Shown: one piece after another, positions 46,377 to 56,459 of the stretch
Position numbering within the stretch: position 1 is the first letter of the stretch
How the letters are laid out: each line of letters starts with the position of its first letter
From: an uncultured Acidobacteriota bacterium
Lineage (GTDB): Bacteria > Acidobacteriota > Terriglobia > Terriglobales > Acidobacteriaceae
Assembly (NCBI GenBank): GCA_963733805.1
Contig: CAVTEO010000018.1
Location: 76,898 to 140,897, forward strand
DNA: 64,000 nt
Direction of reading: 5' to 3'
The notes under the pieces: generated by a model
The model's database searches: none
The model's input: only the letters and a program-made list of their open reading frames with translations
Told to the model about the DNA's origin: nothing
Made by a program: the position numbers and the translations under genes

Positions 46377-47515
46377 GTGCGTATCCTGATCTCCGCCGGA
46401 GAGGCTTCGGGCGAAATGTACGGCGCGGAGCTGATCCGCGCCCTCCGTCGCCATGACCCAACTCTGGAATTCTTCGGCGTCGGCGGCCAGCGCATGCGCG
46501 ACGCCGGATGCGATACCGTGGTCGACGCCCAAGGATGTGGCCGTCGTCGGCATTACCGAAATTCTCAGCCACCTTCCCAAAATCTACGGTCTTTTTCACA
46601 AGCTGATTGCTGAAGCGGACCGCCGCCGGCCCGACCTCGCCATCGTCATTGACTCGCCTGCCTTCAACTGGCGGGTGGCGCGCCAGATGAAAAAACGCGG
46701 CGTCCCGGTCGTCTACTACGTGGCTCCGCAATTCTGGGCGTGGCGGCAGGGCAGAGTGAGGCTGTTGCGCAAGTACGTCAGAAAGGCGCTGGTGATTTTT
46801 CCCTTCGAAGAAAAGTTCTATCGCGAGCGCGGGAGTCGATGCGTCCTTCGTGGGACATCCCCTGGCCGAGCTGCCTCCCCCGCCGATCACGCGGGAAGCC
46901 TACGCCGCCCAATACCACCTGGACTTGAACAAATGCTGGATCACGATCATGCCGGGTAGCCGGGTGAAGGAAGTCCGCATGAATCTGCCCACCATGCTCG
47001 ACGCAGCCGCGCTTCTGGGCGCGGGCTTCGAATTCCTGCTGCCAGTCGCACCGACGCTGGATCGGGAACTTCTGGAACAGAACACCCGCGGGCGCGGCAT
47101 CACTCTTGTCTCGGAGGCTTTGCCGGCTCTGCATCACGCCCGCGCGGCGATTGTCGCGAGCGGCACTGCGACCGTCGAGGCGGCCATGATGGCGACGCCA
47201 TTCGTCATGGTCTATCGCGTATCTGCTCTGACCTATTCGCTAGGCAAGCCACGCATCAAGGTGCCGTACTTTGCGATGGTGAATCTCATCGCCGGGGAAA
47301 AGATCGTTCCGGAGCTGGTGCAGGACGACTTCACCGCCGAGCGAGTCGTTGCCCGCCTGAAGGAGTTAATCTCGGAGGGGACCGCCCGAAAGACCATGCT
47401 GCAAGGTTTGGCCCGGGTAAAGGCGCAGTTGCGCTTCCCGGACTCAGGCGACGCCCGCCCGGCCGCGGAGCGGGCGGCGGAGTCGGTTCTTGACCTGGTG
47501 GCCGACCACGCTTAA
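46377..47515 (+). pseudogene. lpxB: lipid-A-disaccharide synthase, split over three frames (breaks near 46527-46531 and 46831-46835)
   Basis: VRILISAGEASGEMYGAELIRAL (ORF 46326..46613), then DVAVVGITEILSHLPKIYGLF...VVYYVAPQFWAWRQGR...FPFEEKFYRERG (ORF 46453..46959), then VDASFVGHPLAEL...ASGTATVEAAMMATPFVMVYRV (ORF 46850..47515). Both breaks sit at short C or G runs. Confidence 0.85.
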
Positions 47516-47706
47516 GAATCTTCCTGCGTGCGACAAATGGCGGCCCCGGCTACCGGCCATTTTCGATTTCTGGGCGTGCTTTTGCGGCTTTTCTTCGCGA
47601 ACTTTGCGGTTAAAAGCTGTGGGAGGGCCTTAACCCTTGTACCGCCAGCATCTTTTGGTTCAGAATCTTCATCATAGGATTAAGGATTGATTCTCAGGAG
47701 ATTGCT

Positions 47707-49723
47707 TTGAACTGTAGGCGCTTCCGCCCCGCCCTGTCGCGATGCCTTGTACTTTTGCTGTTTTGCCTGACCTTGCCGGCCTGGTCGGCGGAAAAAGCGC
47801 GCCTGCGCGTGGACGACTACCAGATTGAAGCCCACCTGAATCCGCACGCTCACAAGATCAGCGCGGTTGCCAAGGTGAAGTTCACCGCGCTCGATGACCT
47901 GAGCGTCGCCACCTTCGAGCTCAACAACGCCTTGCGCCTGACCAAGGTGACGGATGCGGACAACAAGCCGCTCTCGGCCGAGCGCGTGACCCAGGATTCG
48001 TCGGTGCGCATCCCGCTGGCCGCCGGCATGACCAAGGACCAGAGCGCGACCCTGACCTTCGAATACGAAGGCGTGCTCGATTCCGCCGACGAGAGTCCGG
48101 TGCAAGGCTTGAAGCTGGCTTCGATCGGCGATGACACCAGCTACCTGCTCTACGCGGGACGTTGGTTTCCGGTGAATGCTTACGGCATTAACCGCTTCAC
48201 CTCGACCATCAGCATCACCATTCCCGCGCACATGCTCGCCATCGGCAGCGGCAAGATGACCGTTGCCGACAGCACCCCGTCGAAGAAGACTCCGGGTGCG
48301 ATTGCGGGCAAGACCTACACATTCGTAAGCGACCGGCCAAGTTTTCCCGGGACAATCATCGCGGGAGTTTTCCAGGAAACCAAGAGCGAAGATTCCGGCG
48401 TCGATCTCCACGTGTACTTCAAGCCGCTGCACCAGAAACTGGCCCCCGAGTACACCAACGCCGCGCTGAAGGAATTCACGTACTACATCACGACGTTCGG
48501 TCCGCTGCCCTCGCCGACTCTGCGCGTGGTGGAACTGCCCGATGACACCGTGCCCACGACCTGGGCGCCGGAACTTGCCGGCATGGCAGGCCGCGCCATC
48601 AACGAGAAGACCAATTATCGCCTGCTGGCCAACACCATCGCGCACCAGTGGTGGGGATTGTCGGTCAGCCCGGCTACCAAAGAAGACTGGTGGCTGAGCG
48701 ATGGCTTCTCGCGCTACTCCGAAGCCATGTACGTCGAGCAGGCCGCGGGCACTCTGGGCCTGGAAGAGGCCGTGAAGGACATGTCGGTGGGCGCCCTGGC
48801 GTATGACACGGTCCCGCTTTCGAGCGCGAGCAAGCTCGACGTCTTCTCTCCGGAGTTTCAGACGCTGGTGACCGATAAGGGCGCGATGATCGTGCACATG
48901 CTGCGCTGGGTGGTCGGCGACGTGAAGTACTACAAGATCATGCGCACCTTCGCCACGCAATATGCGGGCAAGTCGGCGAGCATCGCGGATTTCCAGACCA
49001 TCGCGGAAAAAGAAAACGGCGACAAGCTCACCTGGTTCTTCACGCAGTGGCTCGATTCGACCGGCGCTCCAGAGTTCAAGACCAAGTACACCGTTTACCG
49101 GCTGGGCAATAACAAGGGATTCCGCGTGGTGGGCGAGATCTCGCAGGATCTCGACCTGTTCCGCATGCCGGTCGATCTGAAGATCGATACCGACGGCAAA
49201 ACCGAAGAGAAGCGCATCGAAGTGGTGGGCACGAATTCTCCCTTCACGATCGAGACCTTCGGCAAGCCGCGGCGCATTTCGGTCGATCCGGACGACAAGG
49301 TGCTCAAGAATTCCAGCGAAGTGCGCATGCGCGCCTCGATCACGCGCGGCCAGGCGCTGGTGCAGCAGGGCGATCTGGCGGCCGCGCTTTCGGAATTCAA
49401 CAAGGCGCTTGACGCGAACAAGAATTCCTCGCTCGCGCATTACCGCGATCGCGGAAGTATTTTTCCTGCAGCGCAACTACCAGTCTGCCGCCAACGCCTA
49501 TCGCGAGTGCCTGAACGGCGACGGCGAGCCGCGCTGGACCGAAGTCTGGAGCCACATCCAGCTGGGCAAGATTTTCGACATCACCGGCCAACGCGAACGC
49601 GCCGTGAACGAATACCGCCAGGCCCTGCAGACCAACGACAACACCCAGGGCGCCGGAGATGAGGCGCGGCGGTATATCCAGAAGCCCTACGAGCGGGAGA
49701 AGCAAACCGCTCCGGGGGCGTAG
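47707..49723 (+). pseudogene. M1-aminopeptidase-like secreted protein with C-terminal TPR; degenerate zinc motif; one frame break near 49447
   Basis: ORF 47707..49662 with signal peptide. M1 fold blocks, but with NTIAHQWWG in place of HExxHxW. The TPR tail (IAEVFFLQRNYQSAANAYRE...WSHIQLGKIFDITGQRERAVNEYRQAL) continues in ORF 49409..49723. Confidence 0.7.
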
Positions 49724-50053
49724 CGGCAGGCATCAGTCTGCCAGTCTTCAGTCGATCAGGAATCGCCGACTTTTGTCGTAGATGCGGTGTTGAGTGGCGA
49801 ATCGAGCGACTAGCCGAGTGGCGTCAAGTCCGACCTTTCCGGCCGCATTAACTAAAAGATAATATTTGCGCCAGGATGACTTATAGGCGGCGTTCAGGGC
49901 TCGGATGACCTCAAACCACGGTCGAGCATCAAGGTCGTCGCCCTGCGGGCTTCTGAGCGCGATTAAACGGGCATTCTACGCGATGGTTGCGGGGCGTTTT
50001 TGTCACCTATCGTACACCTCGACGAATTTTCAATAACTTAGCTCATAAGAGAA

Positions 50054-51419
50054 TCAGATTGAGACGAATCTAAAGTTGTGTAGCGCGGGCGCCCCCGCTC
50101 GCGTCTGTGCGAGAGCAGAATCCCGCAAGTCACCACAACCCGAAAGTTCTGTGATCTTCCTCGATCCGCGAGCGCTTGCCGCGCCCAGCATTTCGCGGGC
50201 GAGGGCGCCCGCGCTACACGCCGAACTCAGGCCTGCCAATTTCTTAAAGACGTTCGCGTCCACCCCTTTGCTCGCCACCATCACTTGAAACGTCTCGCCC
50301 ATGCCTTCGGGCGTGACCAGATGTTTCAGCTGCAATGCGACCTTTGCGCGCTCCTGGGGAAGGCGGCATTCTTCGAAAGCATCGGCAAATTGGGTAGCTT
50401 CGCCGATGCCCATGAGAAATTGCGATTGCGTGAGCAGTTTGTGGATGTGCATGCCGGCTTGGTGTGCCGCGGCGGCGCCAGTGCGGTGAAGTTCACGTGC
50501 GCCGTGATGTCCTGCTCGCCCGGGGACTGGTAGGGATCGGGGGTGGCGGAATGCCGGCGATAGGCCATCACGGTGTCGAGGTGGCGGCCGGCGAGTTGCT
50601 GTTCGCGCGTGTATCCGTAATCGATGGCAATGAGGAATCCGCGCTCGATGTTTGCCGCGATCTGCGTCATGGTCTGCTTGCAGAGCAGGCCGGCCTCGGT
50701 GCGCATGCCGTTTTCGGGATGGACGCCGTAGCGATCGAGGAATTCGAGTTCTTCGGCTGACGGCGGAGCCCATTCTTCGACGAAGCGGCCGTCGCGGGTT
50801 GCGACGCGTAGGGCGCCCTTCTCGGACAGGATCTCGACCGGGAGCGCATCGAAGAACTCGTTGGCGAACACGATGAGCGGAACTTGAGGGGCGAAAGACC
50901 GGGGCGTTGGAGTCGCGGTTCAGTGTAGCGACGGCCGCCCTCGGCCGTCGGCTTTTTGCGTCCCTCGTTAAGGCAAGAATTTGTGCTTCTGTGCCAGCAC
51001 GCTGACTTTCCCCGTAGCAATCCGCTCGCGAAATTGTGCGTTCCAGCCGTTCGCGCAATGAAGGCGAACTTTCCGCCAGCGTGTAGTGCAGCGCGCGGTA
51101 GAAGCCGGGGAATTTCTTCTCCGACCAATCGAGCACGTCTTGCGCGAACAATCCCCGGCCCGGGACCCAACTCCAGAAGTTCGATTTGTTCCGGCTCTCC
51201 CAGGGCCCGCCACATCTCCTCAAACTGGCGCGCGAGCAGGCGTCCGAAGACGGCGTGCACATCGCTGGAGGTGTAGAAGTCGCCCGCCTTGCCAAACTTT
51301 CCGCGATCGCGCGAGTAATAGCCCAGCTCCGGGATCGTAAAGGCACAACTCCATGTAACGGGAAAAGGGATCGGTCCGCGCTGGCGGATCTCCTGCTCGA
51401 TTTTCTGGCGCAGGGTCAC
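50054..51419 (-). pseudogene. MidA/NDUFAF7-like (DUF185) SAM-dependent methyltransferase, at least 5 frame changes; 3' end uncertain
   Basis: Conserved pieces are scattered over ORFs 50667..51419 (GYYSRDRGKFGKAGDFYTSSDVHAVFGRLLARQF..LLELGPG), 51220..51486 (SRYMELCLYDP), 50054..51346 (RGLFAQDVLDW.., QSQFLMGIGE..LVTPEGMGETFQVMV) and 50326..50871 (FANEFFDALPVE...IAIDYGY...DITAHVNFTAL). Confidence 0.65.
50078..50219. repeat. inverted-repeat element (26-nt arms); third arm copy at 57330-57355
   Basis: gtgtagcgcgggcgcccccgctcgcg (50078-50103) versus cgcgggcgagggcgcccgcgctacac (50194-50219). cgcgggcgggggcgcccgcgctacac at 57330-57355 differs by 1 nt from the right arm. Confidence 0.7.
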
Positions 51420-51719
51420 AATCCGCGCTCGCGCCGGTCGATGCGGTCCTGCGGCGTGCGGATAAACATTTCGACCAGGTAGTCATGCAGCGCGTCGTAC
51501 AGCTGGCGCTGGAACTGCCATTCGAATTGCGGATGATCCAGATCGCGCGGGATGCATTTCATAAAGATAGGTATGCACGGGCACGGTGCAATGCATGAGC
51601 TGGATGCTGACCTCAACGCCCTCGCCTTTGGATTGCGCGCTAAAACTCAGCAAAGGGTGCTCATAGAGGCGCAGTTGCTGGAGCACGCGCTCAAGGCGGG
51701 AGTTGGGTCGGTCGGACAT
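51416..51719 (-). pseudogene. small hypothetical protein (~100 aa) overlapping the methyltransferase start, one frame break
   Basis: ORF 51483..51719 (MSDRPNSRLERVLQQLRLYEHPLL...VPVHTYL) continues as ...RDLDHPQFEWQFQRQLYDALHDYLVEMFIRTPQDR in ORF 51416..51616. The stop overlaps the ATG of the downstream gene. Confidence 0.35.
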
Positions 51720-51808
51720 GGCAAAGAATTGTAACGGCTACCCGAACAACTGTATGGGCGGCAATTTGCGTCTAAGGCGGCGGATCTGGAATTTCACACC
51801 CTTTGAAG

Positions 51809-53394
51809 ATGAAGAATCGAAATCTGCCGAAAGCAGTCTGCACCGCGGCACCGTACTCGCGATCTCGGGCATGGCGACCGGCTGCGGAACTCGCCACCGC
51901 GCTGACGCTGGCGCCCCCGGAACGTCCATCGCTGCAACCCAAAATCCATTAGTTGCCCGCTATTACATCAGCTTCGCCATGCGAGGGGCAGGCCATGGTC
52001 CAGTTCGGGCCGGACACTTCTTACGGGCGAAGCACTTCCTGGCAGCCCGTGCCCGGAGGGCACCGTACTGTCAACTTTCTGGTGGCGGGCATGCGCGCCT
52101 CCACCACCTACCACATGCGCGCCACGTTGCAGTGCTTTGGCGGGACCTCGACCGGGCAGGATCAGACGTTTACTACGGGCGTCCTGCCGGCCGCTCCCTT
52201 TCCCACCGTTACCGTGAGCCGGCCGAATCCTGCGCTCACGCCGTCTGAAAATCCCGGGATCGAGCTGATCAACATATTCGCGCCCAACAACAATTCGCAG
52301 CAGTCGTTCTTCACGGATCGCGATGGCCATCCCATCTGGTACTACGATGTCGGAGTGGCCCAGGGCAATGCGCCTTACACGATGAAGCTGCTTCCGAACG
52401 GGCACATGATTTTCAGCATTACCCGCAGTGTCACGGCAGGCACAATCCTGCGCGAAGTGGATCTTGCGGGTGCCACAGTACGCGAGCTGGACACCGTTCT
52501 ATTGGCGCAGAGAATGCAGCAGGCCGGTTTTCACTTCACGATCACCGGTTTTCATCATGACCTGCTTCCGCTCGACAATGGGCACCTGATCGTCCTGGGA
52601 AATTTCGCTCGGGCCTTCACGGACCTGCCCGGGTATCCGGGGACCACGCAGGTTCGGGCGACGGTATTGTGGATCTGGACGAAAATTGGAATCCGGTATG
52701 GGCATGGTCGGCGTTCGACCATCTCGATGTGAACCGACACCTCGACGGACTGCCCGACTGGACTCACGGCAATGCCCTGGTTCTTACTCCCGAGGATGGC
52801 AACCTGCTGTTCTCCATGCGCCACCAGTCGTGGGTGATCAAGATCGACTATAACCACGGCCAGGGGTCGGGAAACGTGCTCTGGAAGCTTGGTTATCAGG
52901 GAGACTTCGCACTGCGGCAAGGCGAAGATCCGAGCTTGTGGTTCTCGTACCAGCATTTCCCGTCGGTCATCCGCCAGAACGGATCGCAGACCAGCCTGGT
53001 GGTATGGGACAACGGAGATGCTCGCGTGCTGGACGCAAGCGGCGCCTTGTGCACCAATCCGGGCGCGGGCGCTCCCAATCCTTGCTATTCGCGCGCCCAG
53101 GTTTACCAGGTCGACGAAAGTGCGAGGGTCGCCGATCTCACGTGGCAAGCCCTGCCCGGATATCTGTCGGTCTGGGGAGGCAGCGTGAACCAGTTGCCGA
53201 ACGAAAACATCGAGTTTGACATGAACGCTCCCGGTTTGTTTCCGGTCGCGACGCTCGCGTCGGAAGTGCAAGAGGTGACGCAAGCCGCTACTCCCCAGGT
53301 CGTTTGGAAAATGGATATCGGGCCACTGCCTTTGTATGCGTACCGGGCGTACCGGGTGCCGAGTTTGTACCCGGGGGTGAGTTGGCAGTACTGA
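51809..53394 (+). pseudogene. arylsulfotransferase (ASST)-like beta-propeller lipoprotein, at least 3 frame changes
   Basis: ATG 51809 (MKNRNLPKAV..). The lipobox-like LAISGMATGCG is in a second frame. The main body is in ORF 51953..52732 (HHDLLPLDNGHLIVL) and ORF 52669..53394 (DWTHGNALVLTPEDGNLLFSMRHQSWVIKIDYNHGQGSGNVLWKLG). The break at 52655-52659 is consistent with a lost G in CGGGC. Confidence 0.6.
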
Positions 53395-53752
53395 AGGGAT
53401 GCGGGGATCGGTCGGCCCAGCGGATGCAGAGTTCCGGTGCGCAATCTTTGCCAGGCTGGGCAGCTCCGATCCCTTGAGACGAGACCGGGTTGCTCCGCCG
53501 CCACATGCCAGTTTTTCTCGCGAGTGTATAGCGTCATCCACCGTCTGACGTCGTATCCAACCGCGCACGCCGGATTTCCGCGCAAGTGTTCTGAGAACCG
53601 TAGCGAGCCCTGGCTGTAATCAGCTGTTAACAAAAACTCTGCGGCGGGCGAGTACAATCGACCGCCAGAGTCCGGTAGTGAGTTTTGAGGCTGAACCAGT
53701 TAATCGCGACCCAACCCCACAACTTCGAAATTTCTTAGAAGGAGGAAAGGCC

Positions 53753-54997
53753 ATGAATCCAAAAGTTGCTACACGAGACAGCCAGCAGCCGGCTGATGAG
53801 CATGCGATTCGTCCGTTTCACGTGGATTTTCCGGAAACGGAACTCACCGAATTGCGCAAACGCATCAACGCGACCAAGTGGCCGGAACGCGAAACCGTTA
53901 CCGATGCAACCCAAGGCGTGCAGCTTGCGACCATGCAGGCACTCGCGCGCTACTGGGGGACCGAATACGACTGGCGCAAGGTGGAGGCGCGGCTCAGCGT
54001 GCTGCCACAATTCATCACCGAGATCGATGGGCTCAACATTCACTTTATTCACGTTCGCTCGAAGCATGAAAATGCGTTGCCGCTGATCGTTACACACGGA
54101 TGGCCGGGCTCGATCATCGAACAGATGAAGATCATCGATCCGCTAACCAATCCAACGGCGCATGGCGGCAGCGCATCCGACGCGTTCCACCTGGTGATCC
54201 CGTCGTTGCCGGGCTACGGGTTTTCCGGCAAGCCAACCGCGACCGGATGGGATGTTGCTCACATCGCGCGGGCCTGGGTCGTACTGATGAAGCGCCTCGG
54301 ATACATGCAATTTGTGGCGCAAGGCGGCGATTGGGGCGCGGTAGTCACCGATCAGATGGGCGTGCAGGCGGCTCCGGAGTTGCTCGGCATTCACACCAAC
54401 ATGCCTGGCATCTTTCCAGCCGAGATTGACCAGGCGGCTTTTTCAGGGGCACCGGCGCCAACGGGCCTATCAGCCGATGAGAAGCTCGCTTACGAGCGTT
54501 TGCAGTTCGTCTATCAAAAGGGAATCGCGTACGGGTTCCAGATGGGGCTGCGACCGCAGACCTTGTACGGAATCGCGGATTCACCCGTCGGCCTGGCGGC
54601 GTATTTCCTGGATCACGACGCGCGCAGCTACGAGCTCATCGCGCGCGCCTTTAGGGAAGAATCCGAAGGCCTCACGCGCGACGACATCCTCGACAACATC
54701 ACCATCACCTGGTTGACGAACACGGCGCTTTCTGGCGCCCGTCTCTATTGGGAGAATTGGGGCAAACTTGGGTATTTCAATGCGAAGGGCGTCTCCATCC
54801 CGGTTGCCGTGAGCGTCTTTCCTGATGAGCTGTACCCGGCTCCGCGGAGCTGGGCAGAGCAGGCATATCCCAGACTGATCCATTTCAACAAGCTCGACAA
54901 AGGCGGACACTTTGCGGCCTGGGAGCAGCCGAAACTTCTCACCGACGAACTGCGCGCGGGCTTCCGATCACTGCGTCAGGTGGCGAAGGCGGCGTAG
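53753..54997 (+). CDS. epoxide hydrolase (alpha/beta hydrolase with EH N-terminal domain)
   Basis: ORF 53678..54997, ATG 53753 after [51 protein letters not shown]. Confidence 0.85.
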   Translation: MNPKVATRDSQQPADEHAIRPFHVDFPETELTELRKRINATKWPERETVTDATQGVQLATMQALARYWGTEYDWRKVEARLSVLPQFITEIDGLNIHFIHVRSKHENALPLIVTHGWPGSIIEQMKIIDPLTNPTAHGGSASDAFHLVIPSLPGYGFSGKPTATGWDVAHIARAWVVLMKRLGYMQFVAQGGDWGAVVTDQMGVQAAPELLGIHTNMPGIFPAEIDQAAFSGAPAPTGLSADEKLAYERLQFVYQKGIAYGFQMGLRPQTLYGIADSPVGLAAYFLDHDARSYELIARAFREESEGLTRDDILDNITITWLTNTALSGARLYWENWGKLGYFNAKGVSIPVAVSVFPDELYPAPRSWAEQAYPRLIHFNKLDKGGHFAAWEQPKLLTDELRAGFRSLRQVAKAA

Positions 54998-55023
54998 TTG
55001 CGCGATCATCGATCGGTAGAAGG

Positions 55024-55051
55024 GTGCGGAGTGAATGCACTCCGCACTTTT
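55024..55051 (+). terminator. rho-independent terminator after the epoxide hydrolase gene
   Basis: GTGCGGAGTG-aatg-CACTCCGCAC followed by TTTT. Confidence 0.75.
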
Positions 55052-55110
55052 CTAATTTCTGTACTTCGCCGCGTTTCCCATCCTGACCTCGCTGCTTTAC
55101 ACTGAAAAGT

Positions 55111-56061
55111 TTGAAAAACAACCTCCAACCCTGGATAGAACGCCTGCGCTCCGGTGATGCTCGCGCCTTGGCGCGCGCTATCAGCACGGTGGAGAATCGC
55201 GGGCCGGAGTCGGGTGAGTTGCTGAAGGCGTTGTTTCCGCACAGCGGGCGGGCGCGGATGCTCGGGCTTACGGGCGCGCCGGGCGCGGGCAAGAGCACGC
55301 TGGTCGATCAGCTTGCGAAGCATTACCGGCGGGCGGGCAAGACGCTCGGGATCATTGCGGTCGATCCCACCAGTCCCTACACCGGGGGCGCGATTCTCGG
55401 CGACCGTATCCGCATGCAGGATCACCATGCCGACCCGGGCATTTACATCCGCAGCATGGCGACGCGTGGATCATTGGGCGGGCTGGCGCGCACCACGGCC
55501 GACGTGGCCACTGTGCTCGATGCGTCCGGGCGCGACCTGATCCTGATTGAGACGGTCGGCGTCGGGCAGGACGAAGTGGACATCGTGCGGCTGGCGGATA
55601 TCACGGTCGTGATCCTGGTGCCGGGCATGGGGGATGATGTGCAGACCATCAAGGCCGGCATCATGGAGATTGCCGACATCTTCGTCATCAACAAGAGCGA
55701 TCGCGACGGCGCCGAGAATGTGGAGCGCGAGGTTCGCGCGATGCAATCGCTCGCGGTGCGTAAGGATGGATGGACTCCGCCCATCGTGAAAACCGTGGCC
55801 AGCGAGGGCAAGGGCGTGAGCGAGCTGGCGGCCGCGATCGGCAACTACGAAAATTATCTGAAGAAAGAAAATCTGGTGCTGGCCCGCAATATCCAGAACT
55901 GGCGCGAGCGGCTGGTTGAGATGCTGCGCGATGCCATGCTGGAACGAGCGCGGGCGCAACTGGGCGACGGGCAGGCCGAGCAGTTCGCGGCGGAGGTCGC
56001 GCAGCACAAGCGCGATCCCTATACGCTGGTGGAGGAGATCGTCCGGAAGGCGGGCTCGTGA
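55111..56061 (+). CDS. meaB: methylmalonyl-CoA mutase-associated GTPase (ArgK/MeaB family)
   Basis: 316-aa ORF, TTG start. GAPGAGKST P-loop, DPTSPYTGGAILGDRIRM, ETVGVGQ, NKSD. Confidence 0.9.
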   Translation: MKNNLQPWIERLRSGDARALARAISTVENRGPESGELLKALFPHSGRARMLGLTGAPGAGKSTLVDQLAKHYRRAGKTLGIIAVDPTSPYTGGAILGDRIRMQDHHADPGIYIRSMATRGSLGGLARTTADVATVLDASGRDLILIETVGVGQDEVDIVRLADITVVILVPGMGDDVQTIKAGIMEIADIFVINKSDRDGAENVEREVRAMQSLAVRKDGWTPPIVKTVASEGKGVSELAAAIGNYENYLKKENLVLARNIQNWRERLVEMLRDAMLERARAQLGDGQAEQFAAEVAQHKRDPYTLVEEIVRKAGS

Positions 56062-56459
56062 CGTTTCGTATCGATCATCTGGGAATTGCGGTGAAGTCGC
56101 TGGCGGCCGCCAAGAGCATCTACGAGAAGCTGGGGCTGAGCGTGTCTCCGGAGGAAGTGGTCGAGCAGGAAAAAGTGCGGCTGGTGATGGTGCCCGTGGG
56201 CGAGAGCCGGCTGGAATTGCTGGAGGCCACATCCGAGGATTCCGCGATTGCGAAATTCATCGCGAAGCGCGGCGAGGGGCTGCACCACGTGTGCATGCGC
56301 GTGCCCGACCTGGCGGCGGCGGTGGCGAAGCTGAAGCGCGACGGCGTGCGCCTGGTGTCGGATGAGATCAAGGTCGGCGCGGGCGGGCATCGCTACGTGT
56401 TCGTGCACCCGTCGAGCGCGGGCGGGGTGTTGCTGGAATTGGTGGAGGACGCACCCTAG
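56058..56459 (+). CDS. mce: methylmalonyl-CoA epimerase (VOC/glyoxalase fold)
   Basis: 133-aa ORF. GTG start overlaps the meaB stop. IDHLGIAV..., GEGLHHVCMRV, FVHPSSAGGVLLELVE. Confidence 0.85.
   Translation: MTFRIDHLGIAVKSLAAAKSIYEKLGLSVSPEEVVEQEKVRLVMVPVGESRLELLEATSEDSAIAKFIAKRGEGLHHVCMRVPDLAAAVAKLKRDGVRLVSDEIKVGAGGHRYVFVHPSSAGGVLLELVEDAP

Noticed and set aside
45906-46835. Programmed ribosomal frameshifting in msbA-like and lpxB
   Set aside because: There is no slippery heptamer or downstream structure at the break points. The same kind of break occurs in many unrelated neighbouring genes, and the breaks sit in short homopolymers, which fits indel errors or mutations.
47680-49476. 598-aa minus-strand ORF
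   Set aside because: It is antisense to the M1-like gene.
53103-53657. 184-aa minus-strand ORF reaching into the 358-nt gap upstream of the epoxide hydrolase gene (possible divergent regulator)
   Set aside because: More than half of it is antisense to the ASST-like gene. None of the three frames in the gap gave a recognisable HTH or other motif, so I cannot support a gene.
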